DNA from: an uncultured Roseobacter sp.
Lineage (GTDB): Bacteria; Pseudomonadota; Alphaproteobacteria; Rhodobacterales; Rhodobacteraceae
Length of the DNA stretch: 64,000 bases
Direction: 5' to 3'
Assembly: GCA_965365545.1 (NCBI GenBank)
Contig: CBDUCB010000001.1
Span: 8,649-72,648, forward strand
A program made the translations under genes and the position numbers. Shown one piece after another: positions 19,205 through 28,936 of the stretch. The notes below the pieces were generated by a model. That model had not been told where the DNA came from. It made no database searches and was given only the letters and a program-made list of their open reading frames with translations. Within the stretch, counting starts at the first letter, position 1. Every line of letters starts with the position of its first letter.

Positions 19205-19969
19205 ATGGATGTGACGGTGCACAGCGGGCCCCCGGTGGATGTGGAGGCTGAACTTGACGCGCTTGCCGCGCGATACAAGGATGCCTCCGGTCTGGGGATT
19301 GAGTTGCTGAATATGATCGGTGGCAGTGCGGAAAACGTGCTTGACCGGCTGCCAAAGCCGGTGCGCGCAGGTCTGCAGGACGCGACAACGGCGGCTCTGA
19401 CCCAGGCGATGAAGGCAGCAAGTTCAAGCCGTGGCGTTGTCGCCGATCAGAAAAGCTGGCTCAATTCTGCGGTGGGTGCTGCGATGGGCGCGGTCGGTGG
19501 AATGGGTGGATTGCCCACAGCGCTGGCGGAATTGCCGGTGACGACCACGTTGCTGCTGCGGGTCATTCAGGGAGTGGCCGCCGAAGAAGGCTTTGATCCT
19601 GAAAGCGAAAGTGTTCAGTTCGACTGTATCACCGTTTTCGCGAGCGCCGGACCTCTGAAAGAAGATGACGGTGCGGACCTTGCCTTTCTGTCAACGCGTA
19701 TCGCGCTGTCGGGACACGCGGTGCGAGGTATCGTTGCCAAGGTGGCGCCGCGTCTGGCGACCGTTCTGGGTCAGAAGCTGGCCGCACAGACGGTACCGGT
19801 GCTGGGTGCCGTGGCCGGTGCTGCAACGAATTATGCCTATACCAGCTATTATCAGGAGGTGGCGCATGTGCATTTCGGGTTGCGTCGCCTTGCCATCGAG
19901 GCGGATGTGCCGCTGGATGAACTGGCCGAAAAACTCCGGCGCAGAATAAGCAAAAGAGCGCTGGCCTGA
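19205..19969 (+). CDS. EcsC family protein
   Basis: The similarity pattern matches EcsC-family proteins from memory and is not verified. The ATG at 19205 follows AAGGAG. Confidence 0.55.
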   Translation: MDVTVHSGPPVDVEAELDALAARYKDASGLGIELLNMIGGSAENVLDRLPKPVRAGLQDATTAALTQAMKAASSSRGVVADQKSWLNSAVGAAMGAVGGMGGLPTALAELPVTTTLLLRVIQGVAAEEGFDPESESVQFDCITVFASAGPLKEDDGADLAFLSTRIALSGHAVRGIVAKVAPRLATVLGQKLAAQTVPVLGAVAGAATNYAYTSYYQEVAHVHFGLRRLAIEADVPLDELAEKLRRRISKRALA

Positions 19970-20134
19970 CGCCCGTCACGAACCTGCCCCTAGTGGCAAT
20001 ACGAGGCACGCAGGGTACATCTTGTGCCGGATCGTTGTATTACTTGGCAATCTGACTTAGTTCTGGCATAGTTATCTAAAGCGGAGATAACAGAAAATTA
20101 ACAGTTTTACAGACAGAGTTCGCTTAAGCGAGAC

Positions 20135-20596
20135 ATGATCAAACAACTCCCCATTTCCGTTTCAGGATCGCGCAAATATGACGTGCGGTCCCAGTTTGCT
20201 GCGTTGTGCTACCGCATCCGCAAAGACAAGATTCAGATTTTGCTGATCACCTCGCGCGGCACCCGTCGCTGGATCGTACCCAAGGGCTGGCCAATGCACG
20301 GGCTGACCCCGGCGCAGACCGCCGCTCAGGAAGCATGGGAAGAGGCCGGCGTGCGCGGTCAGTCGGACGGCCGGTGCCTCGGTATCTATTCCTACAGCAA
20401 GGAAACCGACGAAAATGGCCATTTTCCCTGTCTTGGGATGATATTTGCCGTCGAGGTAAACTCAATCGCTGATGAATACCCCGAAGCGGGCGAACGCGAG
20501 CGCCGCTGGGTGTCGCGCAAAAAGGCCGCCAAAATGGTGGATGAACCTGAACTGGCACGTATTTTACTGGATTTTGACCCGCGGCGCCCGATCTGA
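20135..20596 (+). CDS. NUDIX hydrolase
   Basis: Nudix box region GWPMHGLTPAQTAAQEAWEEAGV. Confidence 0.8.
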   Translation: MIKQLPISVSGSRKYDVRSQFAALCYRIRKDKIQILLITSRGTRRWIVPKGWPMHGLTPAQTAAQEAWEEAGVRGQSDGRCLGIYSYSKETDENGHFPCLGMIFAVEVNSIADEYPEAGERERRWVSRKKAAKMVDEPELARILLDFDPRRPI

Positions 20597-20668
20597 GGCG
20601 ACTTGACCCGGACGGGTTAGCGCCCCATCTCTTTGGTAACAGTAACTTCTTTCGGAGACCGGTCTTTA

Positions 20669-21091
20669 ATGATCAGCTACACGCTCAAATGTGATCAGGG
20701 GCACCGCTTTGACAGCTGGTTTCAGTCAGCGGGCGCTTATGAGACGCTGCGCGCGGCGGGGCATCTGTCCTGCACGGAATGTGGCTCTCATGGTGTGGAA
20801 AAGGCAATGATGGCGCCCCGGGTTGCATCGGCCGATATGCCTGAGAAACCCGACCTGAATGCGCCTGAGAACGAGACAGCCGGGAAAATCGCAAAGCTGC
20901 GCCGCTATGTTGAGGAAAATGCAGATTACGTGGGCCCGGGTTTTGCCAGCGAGGCGCGGTCTATGTACCTTGGCGCAACGCCGGAGCGGGCGATTTACGG
21001 CGAAGCGAATGCCGCGGAAGCCAGAAAGCTGATCGAGGATGGCGTGCCGGTGGCGCCGCTGCCATTTTTTCCGGGCAAGAAGGCGAACTGA
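20669..21091 (+). CDS. DUF1178 family zinc-ribbon protein
   Basis: N-terminus MISYTLKCDQGHRFDSWFQSAGAYETLRAAGHLSCTECGS is typical of DUF1178. I moved the start to the ATG at 20669. Confidence 0.75.
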   Translation: MISYTLKCDQGHRFDSWFQSAGAYETLRAAGHLSCTECGSHGVEKAMMAPRVASADMPEKPDLNAPENETAGKIAKLRRYVEENADYVGPGFASEARSMYLGATPERAIYGEANAAEARKLIEDGVPVAPLPFFPGKKAN

Positions 21092-21094
21092 AAA

Positions 21095-21733
21095 ATGACA
21101 GTAGTAATTACCGGCGCAAGCCGCGGGATCGGCGAAGGGCTGGCCCGGGCTTATGCCGCGCGTGGCACAGACGTGATCGGGACGACGCGCGATGGCGGCT
21201 GGCAGCTGGATGTGACCGATGCGGCATCCGTCGAGCGCTTTGCCGGATCGCTCGGGGACCGGCCGGTTGATTTGCTGGTGTGCAATGCCGGGGTCTATCT
21301 CGATAAAGGCCATGTGATCGGTGAGGGGTACCAGCCGGAGATCTGGGCGCGCAGTTTTGCCGCGAATGTTACCGGCGTGTTTCTGACGATCGAAGCCTTA
21401 TTGCCGGCATTGCGCCGGGCGGACGCCGGAAAGATTGCGATCATATCGTCTCAGATGGCCTCGAGCGAACGCGCGCCCGGAGGCAGCTATGTGTACCGGG
21501 CCTCCAAGGCTGCCGTGCTCAATCTGGGACGGAACCTTGCGGCTGACCTGGAACCGGAAGGCATCGCTGTCGGCATTTATCATCCCGGCTGGGTGAAAAC
21601 GGATATGGGCAGTATGTCGGCCGATATAACTGTTGAGACTGCCGTGGCGGGTCTGACAGCGCGGTTTGATGCGCTGAACTTAGAAAGAACGGGATGTTTC
21701 GAGACCTGGGATGGTCGTGCGCATCCTTACTGA
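21095..21733 (+). CDS. SDR family oxidoreductase
   Basis: TGASRGIG cofactor motif and the catalytic YRASKAA (YxxxK) motif. Confidence 0.85.
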   Translation: MTVVITGASRGIGEGLARAYAARGTDVIGTTRDGGWQLDVTDAASVERFAGSLGDRPVDLLVCNAGVYLDKGHVIGEGYQPEIWARSFAANVTGVFLTIEALLPALRRADAGKIAIISSQMASSERAPGGSYVYRASKAAVLNLGRNLAADLEPEGIAVGIYHPGWVKTDMGSMSADITVETAVAGLTARFDALNLERTGCFETWDGRAHPY

Positions 21734-21902
21734 ACTGTCTCTACAGGTTTAAATGAATGTCTGAATGAAAGGCCCGCAGCCGGCCCGGCCGAGGTGCCCC
21801 TGTACTGCATGCTGAGAAATCAGGCCTCCGGAAACGCGTGAGTCTTGTGATCTGCGCTGTCTGCGCGTAAACCGCGCCCGACTGGTCTGGGGGATGCGGG
21901 AT

Positions 21903-23141
21903 ATGCCTGTTCTTGTGATGAAATTCGGTGGCACTTCGGTGGCCACCCCGGACCGCATCAGGCGCGCGGCAAAGCGCGTGGGCGTCGAGGTTTCAAAAGG
22001 CTATGATGTCATCGTCATCGTTTCAGCAATGTCCGGCAAGACCAATGAGCTTGTGGGCTGGGTGAATGAAACCTCCCCTCTATATGACGCTCGCGAGTAC
22101 GATGCTGTTGTCTCGTCAGGCGAGAATGTCACGGCCGGCCTGATGGCGCTGACACTGCAGGAGATGGACGTACCGGCGCGCAGCTGGCAGGGCTGGCAGG
22201 TGCCTGTCCGCACCACGTCCGCCCATTCCTCCGCGCGCATCGAAGAAATCCCCACAGACAACATCAACGGCAAGTTTGCCGAAGGGATGCGGGTGGCCGT
22301 CGTCGCCGGTTTTCAGGGCGTGAGCCCGGAAGGGCGTATCACCACCCTCGGGCGCGGCGGCTCAGATACGACAGCAGTGGCCTTTGCCGCGTCCTTCGGG
22401 GCGGAGCGCTGTGATATCTATACAGATGTGGACGGTGTTTATACCACCGACCCACGGGTCAGCAGCAAAGCCCGTAAACTGGACCGCATCGCGTTTGAGG
22501 AGATGCTTGAGCTGGCCTCGCTGGGCGCGCGTGTGCTGCAGACCCGTTCGGTTGAGCTTGCGATGCGCTACAAGGTAAAGCTGCGGGTGCTGAGCAGTTT
22601 TGAGGAACAGTCGGATGATGCGGGCACGCTCGTCTGTGATGAGGAGGAAATTATGGAAAGCAATGTCGTTGCAGGTGTGGCGTTCAGCCGGGATGAGGCA
22701 AAGATGACGCTGGTGAGTGTCGCCGACCGCCCCGGGATCGCCGCCAGTATTTTCACCGCCCTCAGCGACGGTGGCGTGAATGTCGATATGATCGTTCAGA
22801 ACATCGCCGAAGAGGGGCGCACCGACATGACCTGGTCCTGCCCGACTGACCAGGTGATGCGGGCACAAAAAGCAGTCGAGGCAGCCAAGGCCGATGCGGT
22901 GATCAACTATCAGGACGTGATCGCGGACACCGACGTGGCCAAAGTCAGCGTCGTCGGGATCGGCATGCGCAGCCACACCGGTGTCGCGGCAAAGATGTTC
23001 CAGGTGCTCAGCGCAGAGGGCATAAACATCAAGGTCATTACGACGTCAGAGATCAAGATTTCTGTGCTGATCGACCGGAAATACATGGAACTCGCCGTAC
23101 AGGCACTGCATGATGCTTTTGAGCTGGATAAAGCGGCCTGA
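21903..23141 (+). CDS. lysC: aspartate kinase
   Basis: N-terminus MPVLVMKFGGTSV and C-terminal ACT domains. I moved the start to the ATG at 21903. Confidence 0.9.
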   Translation: MPVLVMKFGGTSVATPDRIRRAAKRVGVEVSKGYDVIVIVSAMSGKTNELVGWVNETSPLYDAREYDAVVSSGENVTAGLMALTLQEMDVPARSWQGWQVPVRTTSAHSSARIEEIPTDNINGKFAEGMRVAVVAGFQGVSPEGRITTLGRGGSDTTAVAFAASFGAERCDIYTDVDGVYTTDPRVSSKARKLDRIAFEEMLELASLGARVLQTRSVELAMRYKVKLRVLSSFEEQSDDAGTLVCDEEEIMESNVVAGVAFSRDEAKMTLVSVADRPGIAASIFTALSDGGVNVDMIVQNIAEEGRTDMTWSCPTDQVMRAQKAVEAAKADAVINYQDVIADTDVAKVSVVGIGMRSHTGVAAKMFQVLSAEGINIKVITTSEIKISVLIDRKYMELAVQALHDAFELDKAA

Positions 23142-23188
23142 GCCGGTTGGCTGAAGCCGGAAACCGCTGAACCGGGAGGCAGTACCAG

Positions 23189-25432
23189 GTGGCAGAACGC
23201 CCCGAAACAGGGTCCCGCGTGTTGCTGGGCCGTTTGCGTGATGCAATGGCGGGTGATGTCGAAGGGCAGGCCCGGCTCAATAAAATCACGCATCTGATCG
23301 CCGACAGCATGGGGTGCGAAGTCTGCTCGATCTATCTCTTTCGGGATGATGAGACGCTGGAGCTTTGCGCTACAGAAGGTCTTAATCAGGACGCGGTGCA
23401 CCAGACCCGGATGAAGGTCGGAGAGGGGCTTGTCGGCCTCGTGGCGCGGCGGCGGTCTGTGATCAACGAACCTGATGCGCCGCAGGCGCGCGGTTTTCGT
23501 TATATGCCCGAAACAGGTGAAGAAATTTATTCCAGTTTTCTGGGTGTGCCGGTGCAGCGGCTGGGCGAGGCGCTCGGGGTTCTGGTGGTACAATCGCGTG
23601 CCGCGCGGGCCTATTCCGCCGACGAGGTTTATGCACTGGAAGTGGTTGCGATGGTGCTTGCGGAAATGACCGAGCTTGGTGCCTTTGTCGGTGAGGGCGC
23701 TGCCATGTCGGCCCGCCATTCGCAGCCCGCGATGTTTCGCGGTACTGTCGGTCAGGAGGGGGCGGCAGAGGGCCATGTCTGGCTGCATGAACCCCGTGTT
23801 GTGGTCACCAACCCGATCGCCGATGATCCGGTGCGCGAAATAGAACGGCTGCGCGAAGCCGTGGAGCAGCTGCGTGTTGGTGTCGATAAGATGCTCGAAA
23901 TCGCCGGCTCCCAGGATAAAGACCAGGCCCAGGTTCTTGAAGCTTACCGGATGTTCGCCAACTCCAAAGGCTGGATGCGCCGGATGGAAGACGACATCGG
24001 CGGTGGTCTCTCGGCTGAAGCAGCTGTCGAAAAAGAGCAGTCTCTCGCACGGGCCCGGATGGGGCAGGTGACCGATAATTACCTGCGCGAACGCCTGAGT
24101 GATCTGGATGATCTGAGTAACCGGCTGCTGCGGATTCTGACCGGGCAGGGCAAGGATACAGGTGCAGAGATGCCTGCAAACCCGATCCTCGTTGCGCGCA
24201 ATATCGGGCCTGCGGAACTGCTGGAATATGGACGCAGCCTGCGCGGCATTGTACTTGAAGAAGGATCGGTCGGCAGCCATGCGGCAATCGTCGCGCGCGC
24301 ACTGGCGATCCCGCTGGTGGTGCATGCAAGCCGTGTGACGACCGAAGCGCTGAACGGTGATCAGATTATGGTTGATGGCGAGCAGGGCATTGTGCATCTG
24401 CGCCCGGACGACACCGTGGTGACCGCATTTCGCGACAAGATTGCGATGCTGGCGGAAGCGCAGGAGCGCTATGCTTCGATCCGGGACAAGCCCGCCACGA
24501 CGCCCTGTGGCAACACGGTCGGGCTTTTTATGAACGCGGGGCTGATGGCTGATCTGCCCTCGCTGCCGTCCTCCGGGGCTGAAGGGGTCGGGCTCTTTCG
24601 CACCGAGCTGCAGTTTCTGGTGCGCAATCAGATGCCGCGACGGGGTGAGCTTGTCGCGCTTTACAAACGCGTTCTGGATGCTGCCGGTGGCAAGCCTGTG
24701 GTCTTCCGGACACTGGATATCGGGTCTGACAAAGTGCTGCCCTATATGAAACCCAATGACGAGCCTAACCCGGCGCTGGGCTGGCGGGCGATCCGGGTGG
24801 GTCTCGACAAGCCGGGGATTATGCGGATGCAGCTTCAGGCGCTGATCCGGGCGGCCGAGGGGCGACCGCTGACAGTCATGTTTCCGTTCGTCGCACAGTT
24901 CGAGGAATATCGCGAAGCCCGCAGGCTCATGGACAAAACTCTGCAGGCCGAAGAGCGCCTCGGTCATCCGTTGCCCGAAACAGTAAAGATCGGTGCCATG
25001 CTGGAGACACCGAGCCTGGGCTTTGCGCCGATGAAGTTTTTTGAGGAAGTCGATTTCCTGTCGATCGGTGGCAATGATCTGAAACAGTTTTTCTTTGCGG
25101 CTGACCGGGAAAACGAACGGGTACGGCGGCGCTATGACACGCTGAACGTGTCGTTTCTGAGTTTTATCGAGAATATCGTCGAGCGCTGTGATAAGACCGG
25201 AACACCGCTGTCGTTTTGTGGTGAGGATGCCGGCCGGCCCGTAGAAGCGCTGTGTTTTGCAGCCATCGGGCTGCGGTCCTTGTCAATGCGGCCGGCGTCA
25301 ATCGGCCCGGTCAAAAGTCTTCTGCGCCGGTCTGACCTCGGAGAAGTGCGCAAAGTCATCGCAGATGCGCGTCATCGTGGCGAGATGTCAGTGCGCCCGG
25401 CTGTGATGGAATGGCTGCGTAATCAGGGGTAA
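23189..25432 (+). CDS. ptsP: phosphoenolpyruvate-protein phosphotransferase PtsP (EI-Ntr) with N-terminal GAF domain
   Basis: GAF-like N-terminus and a PEP-utilising His region GSVGSHAAIVARA. It uses a GTG start. lysC-ptsP adjacency is common in alphaproteobacteria. Confidence 0.9.
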   Translation: MAERPETGSRVLLGRLRDAMAGDVEGQARLNKITHLIADSMGCEVCSIYLFRDDETLELCATEGLNQDAVHQTRMKVGEGLVGLVARRRSVINEPDAPQARGFRYMPETGEEIYSSFLGVPVQRLGEALGVLVVQSRAARAYSADEVYALEVVAMVLAEMTELGAFVGEGAAMSARHSQPAMFRGTVGQEGAAEGHVWLHEPRVVVTNPIADDPVREIERLREAVEQLRVGVDKMLEIAGSQDKDQAQVLEAYRMFANSKGWMRRMEDDIGGGLSAEAAVEKEQSLARARMGQVTDNYLRERLSDLDDLSNRLLRILTGQGKDTGAEMPANPILVARNIGPAELLEYGRSLRGIVLEEGSVGSHAAIVARALAIPLVVHASRVTTEALNGDQIMVDGEQGIVHLRPDDTVVTAFRDKIAMLAEAQERYASIRDKPATTPCGNTVGLFMNAGLMADLPSLPSSGAEGVGLFRTELQFLVRNQMPRRGELVALYKRVLDAAGGKPVVFRTLDIGSDKVLPYMKPNDEPNPALGWRAIRVGLDKPGIMRMQLQALIRAAEGRPLTVMFPFVAQFEEYREARRLMDKTLQAEERLGHPLPETVKIGAMLETPSLGFAPMKFFEEVDFLSIGGNDLKQFFFAADRENERVRRRYDTLNVSFLSFIENIVERCDKTGTPLSFCGEDAGRPVEALCFAAIGLRSLSMRPASIGPVKSLLRRSDLGEVRKVIADARHRGEMSVRPAVMEWLRNQG

Positions 25433-25436
25433 CGGT

Positions 25437-26357
25437 TCAGCCCGCTGCCGTGTCGCCATAGGTCTGCCGGAACATCCGGTCTTCCAGAAACGCATTTGCC
25501 TCCTGCGTCACGCCCGCCATAAGGTCGCTCACCGGGCTGCCTGTCACGTGGCTTGCGGTGAAGGCGATGGGCGGCAGAGCGACATCCGTGGGCAAAACAA
25601 CGAGCCGCCCGTCCGCCAGTTCGTCGCGGATAACCGCCGCCGGGATGGCGCAGATGCCAAAGCCCGCAACCGCCAGTCTGATCAGAGCGCCCAGCGATGA
25701 TGACGTCGACATATCCAGCGTCGGCCGCGCATGCGGTGCGAGCATTTCTCGCAAAAGCCGGCTGGGTTTGGTGTTGTTGGCAAAGGTCAGTACGGGCTGT
25801 GCTGCGAGCTCTTCCACACTCCATTTCCTCCGTTTCGCCGCCAGTGCCGGGGTCGCGGCGAAGATCATATCAAAGCTGCACAGATCGCGGTTTGTAATAC
25901 TGGCCTCTGCGACCGGCCCCATCAGAAAGGCAAGATCGATCTCGCGCGAGACCAGTGCATTGCGCAGACTGTCGGTGGAATCCACCATCAGATCAAACGA
26001 AAGGCCCTGACGGGTGTCACTGAGCTGGCTGAGAAAATCCGGCAGCCAGGTTGCTACGATGGTCTCTGACGCTCCCAGCCGGATCGACTGTTTGACATTG
26101 GTCTGACCGCTGAACGCCTCCAGAATATCCTGCTCAAGCGCCATGTACCGCCGCGCCATCGGCAAAAGGCGCCGCCCCGACGGGGTCAGCCCGGCGTTGC
26201 GGACACCACGCAGAAAGACCGTGGTTCCGAGGTCCTGCTCCAGCATCTGAATGCGCGCACTCACAGCAGGCTGAGACAGATTGAGCTTCAGAGCCGCCGC
26301 GCGGAAACTGCGCAGGGTGGCAATCCAGTAAAATGTGTCGAGATTCCTGATCCGCAT
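25437..26357 (-). CDS. LysR family transcriptional regulator
   Basis: HTH region LNLSQPAVSARIQMLE plus a LysR substrate-binding domain. I moved the start to the ATG at 26357 (MRIRNLDTFYW). Confidence 0.85.
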   Translation of the reverse strand: MRIRNLDTFYWIATLRSFRAAALKLNLSQPAVSARIQMLEQDLGTTVFLRGVRNAGLTPSGRRLLPMARRYMALEQDILEAFSGQTNVKQSIRLGASETIVATWLPDFLSQLSDTRQGLSFDLMVDSTDSLRNALVSREIDLAFLMGPVAEASITNRDLCSFDMIFAATPALAAKRRKWSVEELAAQPVLTFANNTKPSRLLREMLAPHARPTLDMSTSSSLGALIRLAVAGFGICAIPAAVIRDELADGRLVVLPTDVALPPIAFTASHVTGSPVSDLMAGVTQEANAFLEDRMFRQTYGDTAAG

Positions 26358-26373
26358 CGTAATTTCCCGGTTG

Positions 26374-26392
26374 TGATAAAATATTTCTATCA
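26374..26392. promoter_or_regulatory. candidate LysR box (TGATA-N9-TATCA)
   Basis: Inverted repeat TGATAAAATATTTCTATCA lies 17 nt upstream of the LysR start codon, in the divergent intergenic region. It fits the generic T-N11-A LysR pattern. Confidence 0.4.
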
Positions 26393-26486
26393 AAACCCCT
26401 CTAAACATTCAATTTGACTGTACCAACCAGACGCGGGAGTGTTGGCCGGTGGAAATATTCCGCACAACCGACGCCGGGGGGCTCAA

Positions 26487-27305
26487 GTGTCTGTGAAGGA
26501 AAGCCTGAAAGATCTGGATGTTCATGCGTTGCGCCGGCTGATCCGCGCAGGCGGCTATGCCCGTCACACGGCGGGTCTTGCTGCGGGCAGACTGCAGTGC
26601 AATCTGGCAATCCTGCCGGAGACATATGCTGCTGATTTTATCCGCTTTTGCGAGCTGAACCCCAAGCCCTGTCCGATTGTGGCTGTGGGTGAGCCCGGAA
26701 ACCCGACGCTGCCTGATCTTGGCGAAGACATCGACATACGAACGGATGTACCGCGCTACCGACTGTTTCGAAACGGTGTCTTTGACGAGGAAGTAACAGA
26801 TATTTCCGCCTGCTGGCAGGACGATTTCGTAACCGTGGCGCTGGGGTGTTCTTTTACCTTTGAAAATGCGCTCATGGCGCAGGGGATCGCTGTCAAACAC
26901 ATCGATCTCGATCAGACGGTGCCGATGTATCGAAGCAATATCGCTCTTGTTCCGGCCGGTCCTTTCGGTGGTGAGATGGTCGTGACCATGCGGCCGATCC
27001 CGGAGGCGCGGGTGCAGGACGCCTGGGAGATCAGCGCCCGATATCCTCACGCGCACGGTGCACCCATTGGCCAGGGCCCGTCAGACAGCATCGGCATCGC
27101 CGACCTCCAAAAGCCTGACTGGGGGGACCCGGTTGAGGTTTCTGACGGTGAGGTCCCGGTCTACTGGGCCTGCGGTGTGACGCCGCAAAACGTTCTGATG
27201 AAAGCTCAGATTCCGTTCTGTATCACTCACGCACCGGGCCACATGCTGATCGCGGACGTGGCCGAGGACGCGGATATTCCTGTCTTCAAAGCACACCAAC
27301 ACTGA
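26487..27305 (+). CDS. DUF1445 / UPF0317 putative hydro-lyase (D-glutamate cyclase family)
   Basis: The family-typical N-terminal region ...LRRLIRAGGYARHTAGLAAGRLQCNLAILP... is present. The start is uncertain: I chose the GTG at 26487 after a G-rich SD-like run, while the ORF track begins at a TTG at 26439. Confidence 0.7.
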   Translation: MSVKESLKDLDVHALRRLIRAGGYARHTAGLAAGRLQCNLAILPETYAADFIRFCELNPKPCPIVAVGEPGNPTLPDLGEDIDIRTDVPRYRLFRNGVFDEEVTDISACWQDDFVTVALGCSFTFENALMAQGIAVKHIDLDQTVPMYRSNIALVPAGPFGGEMVVTMRPIPEARVQDAWEISARYPHAHGAPIGQGPSDSIGIADLQKPDWGDPVEVSDGEVPVYWACGVTPQNVLMKAQIPFCITHAPGHMLIADVAEDADIPVFKAHQH

Positions 27306-27329
27306 ACAAAATCCAACAAGGAGTTAATT

Positions 27330-28361
27330 ATGCGCAAAACACTTACCCTTCTGGCCGCGACAACCGCGCTGGCCACCCCGGCCACGGCCGAGACACTGTC
27401 TGTTGTGGGCAGCTGGTCCAGCCTGCCGCTGCACCAGCAATATGAGGCGCCGTTCTGGAGTGAAACACTGCCGGCGGCCTCCGACGGCAACCTGACCGTT
27501 GAGCTGACCACGCATAACCAGATGGGTCTGGGCCTTGGCGACATTTACCCGCTGCTGGGTCAGGGCGTTTATGACGTCGCCATGACCGTTGCGGATTATG
27601 CTGTTGCGGATGCGCCCGAACTGGAAGGGCTGGATGTTCCGTTGCTGGCACTGACCGCGGACGAAGCCCGCGCGATGGTTGATGCAGCCCGACCGATGGT
27701 CGCCGATATCTACCGCGACCGGTTCAATGCGCACGTACTGGCGATCGCGCCCTATCCGCCGCAGGTGGTCTTCTGCAATCATGAGATTGCCGGGCTTGAC
27801 GATCTGCAGGGGCTGAAAGTCCGTGCATCCGGCCGGATGACCGCAAAGCTGCTCGAAGCGCTGGGTGCGGAGGGCGTTAACGTGTCTTTCTCCGAAGTGC
27901 CGGGCGCGTTGCAGAACGGTGTGGTCGACTGCGCCGTCACGGGTGCGGGCTCGGGCTACAGCGCCGGCTGGTGGGAGGTCTCAACGCACCTTATGCCGTT
28001 GCCGCTGGGTGGCTGGGATTCGGTGGTCACAGCGATGAACCTCGACAAATGGAACGGTCTGGATGCTGCGACCCGGGAGCTGATTGCCTCCGAAGTCAAA
28101 ACCAGCTTTGAAGATCCTGCATGGGCAAGCGCTCAGACAGCACTGGTCGATGATATTTCCTGCCTGACCGGCAACGGCGACTGCCCCGCGGGCGAGAGCC
28201 GTTCGATGGTTCTGGTTGAAGCCTCGGATGCTGATTTTGCCAAAGCCCGTGAAATCCTGACCACAGAGGTACTGCCTGACTGGGCGGAACGTGCCGGTGG
28301 CGACTGGGCTCAGCGCTGGAACGCGTCCGTCGGTCAGGTTGTCGGCGTCGAAATCAAGTAA
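27330..28361 (+). CDS. TRAP transporter substrate-binding protein (DctP family)
   Basis: Signal peptide MRKTLTLLAATTALATPATA, DctP-like fold, and position ahead of the DctQ and DctM genes. Confidence 0.85.
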   Translation: MRKTLTLLAATTALATPATAETLSVVGSWSSLPLHQQYEAPFWSETLPAASDGNLTVELTTHNQMGLGLGDIYPLLGQGVYDVAMTVADYAVADAPELEGLDVPLLALTADEARAMVDAARPMVADIYRDRFNAHVLAIAPYPPQVVFCNHEIAGLDDLQGLKVRASGRMTAKLLEALGAEGVNVSFSEVPGALQNGVVDCAVTGAGSGYSAGWWEVSTHLMPLPLGGWDSVVTAMNLDKWNGLDAATRELIASEVKTSFEDPAWASAQTALVDDISCLTGNGDCPAGESRSMVLVEASDADFAKAREILTTEVLPDWAERAGGDWAQRWNASVGQVVGVEIK

Positions 28362-28387
28362 GTCTCTCCCGGGGAGAAAGATCTCAG

Positions 28388-28936
28388 ATGGAACAGAATA
28401 TTATCAACGCGTTGCGCCGGATCAACCGGGCTGTTGCCCTGATTGTGGGGATCATGCTCTTTGCCTGCGCCGGCATAGTGTTGCTTGATATAATTCTGCG
28501 CCGTCTGGGGTCGTCTCTGGGGGGAACAGACGAGATCAGCGGTTATGTCATGGCCATTGCCACCTCATGGGGCATGGCCTTTACGCTCCTTGAACTGGGT
28601 CATGTGCGCATCGACCTGTTGCGATCGCGGGCGGGAGAGTTTGTCCGCTCGCTGTTTGACGTCTTCTCCATGATCGTGCTCAGCGCCGTAATTGTTATGA
28701 TCGCCGTCAAAGCCTGGCCTGTGGTGGAGCGTTCGCTGACCAACGGATCGCGCGCGAACACGCCGCTCGAAACCCCGCTGATCTGGGTGCAGACACCGTG
28801 GTTTGCGGGCTGGGTGTGGTTTGCTGTGGTCTCCTGCGTATTGACCCTCGTCGCACTGTCGCTGACGCTCAAAGGGCGCCACGGCGAGGTTGAAACGGCG
28901 GTCGGTGCCTTTGCTGAACAGGATATGCTGCAATGA
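28388..28936 (+). CDS. TRAP transporter small permease (DctQ family)
   Basis: Four-TM small subunit whose end overlaps the large-permease start by 4 nt. Confidence 0.8.
   Translation: MEQNIINALRRINRAVALIVGIMLFACAGIVLLDIILRRLGSSLGGTDEISGYVMAIATSWGMAFTLLELGHVRIDLLRSRAGEFVRSLFDVFSMIVLSAVIVMIAVKAWPVVERSLTNGSRANTPLETPLIWVQTPWFAGWVWFAVVSCVLTLVALSLTLKGRHGEVETAVGAFAEQDMLQ

Noticed and set aside
20007-20025. Sigma-54-like TGGCA...GCA element in the NUDIX upstream region.
   Set aside because: The GG-to-GC spacing is one nucleotide off the -24/-12 consensus, the TTGC element is missing, and no enhancer-binding protein is nearby.
22910-24967. 685-aa ORF on the minus strand, the longest non-annotated ORF in the track.
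   Set aside because: It is entirely antisense to ptsP, which has clear GAF and PEP-utilising domain homology. The product is rich in Arg, His, Pro and Gln with no recognisable motif. This is a typical high-GC shadow ORF.
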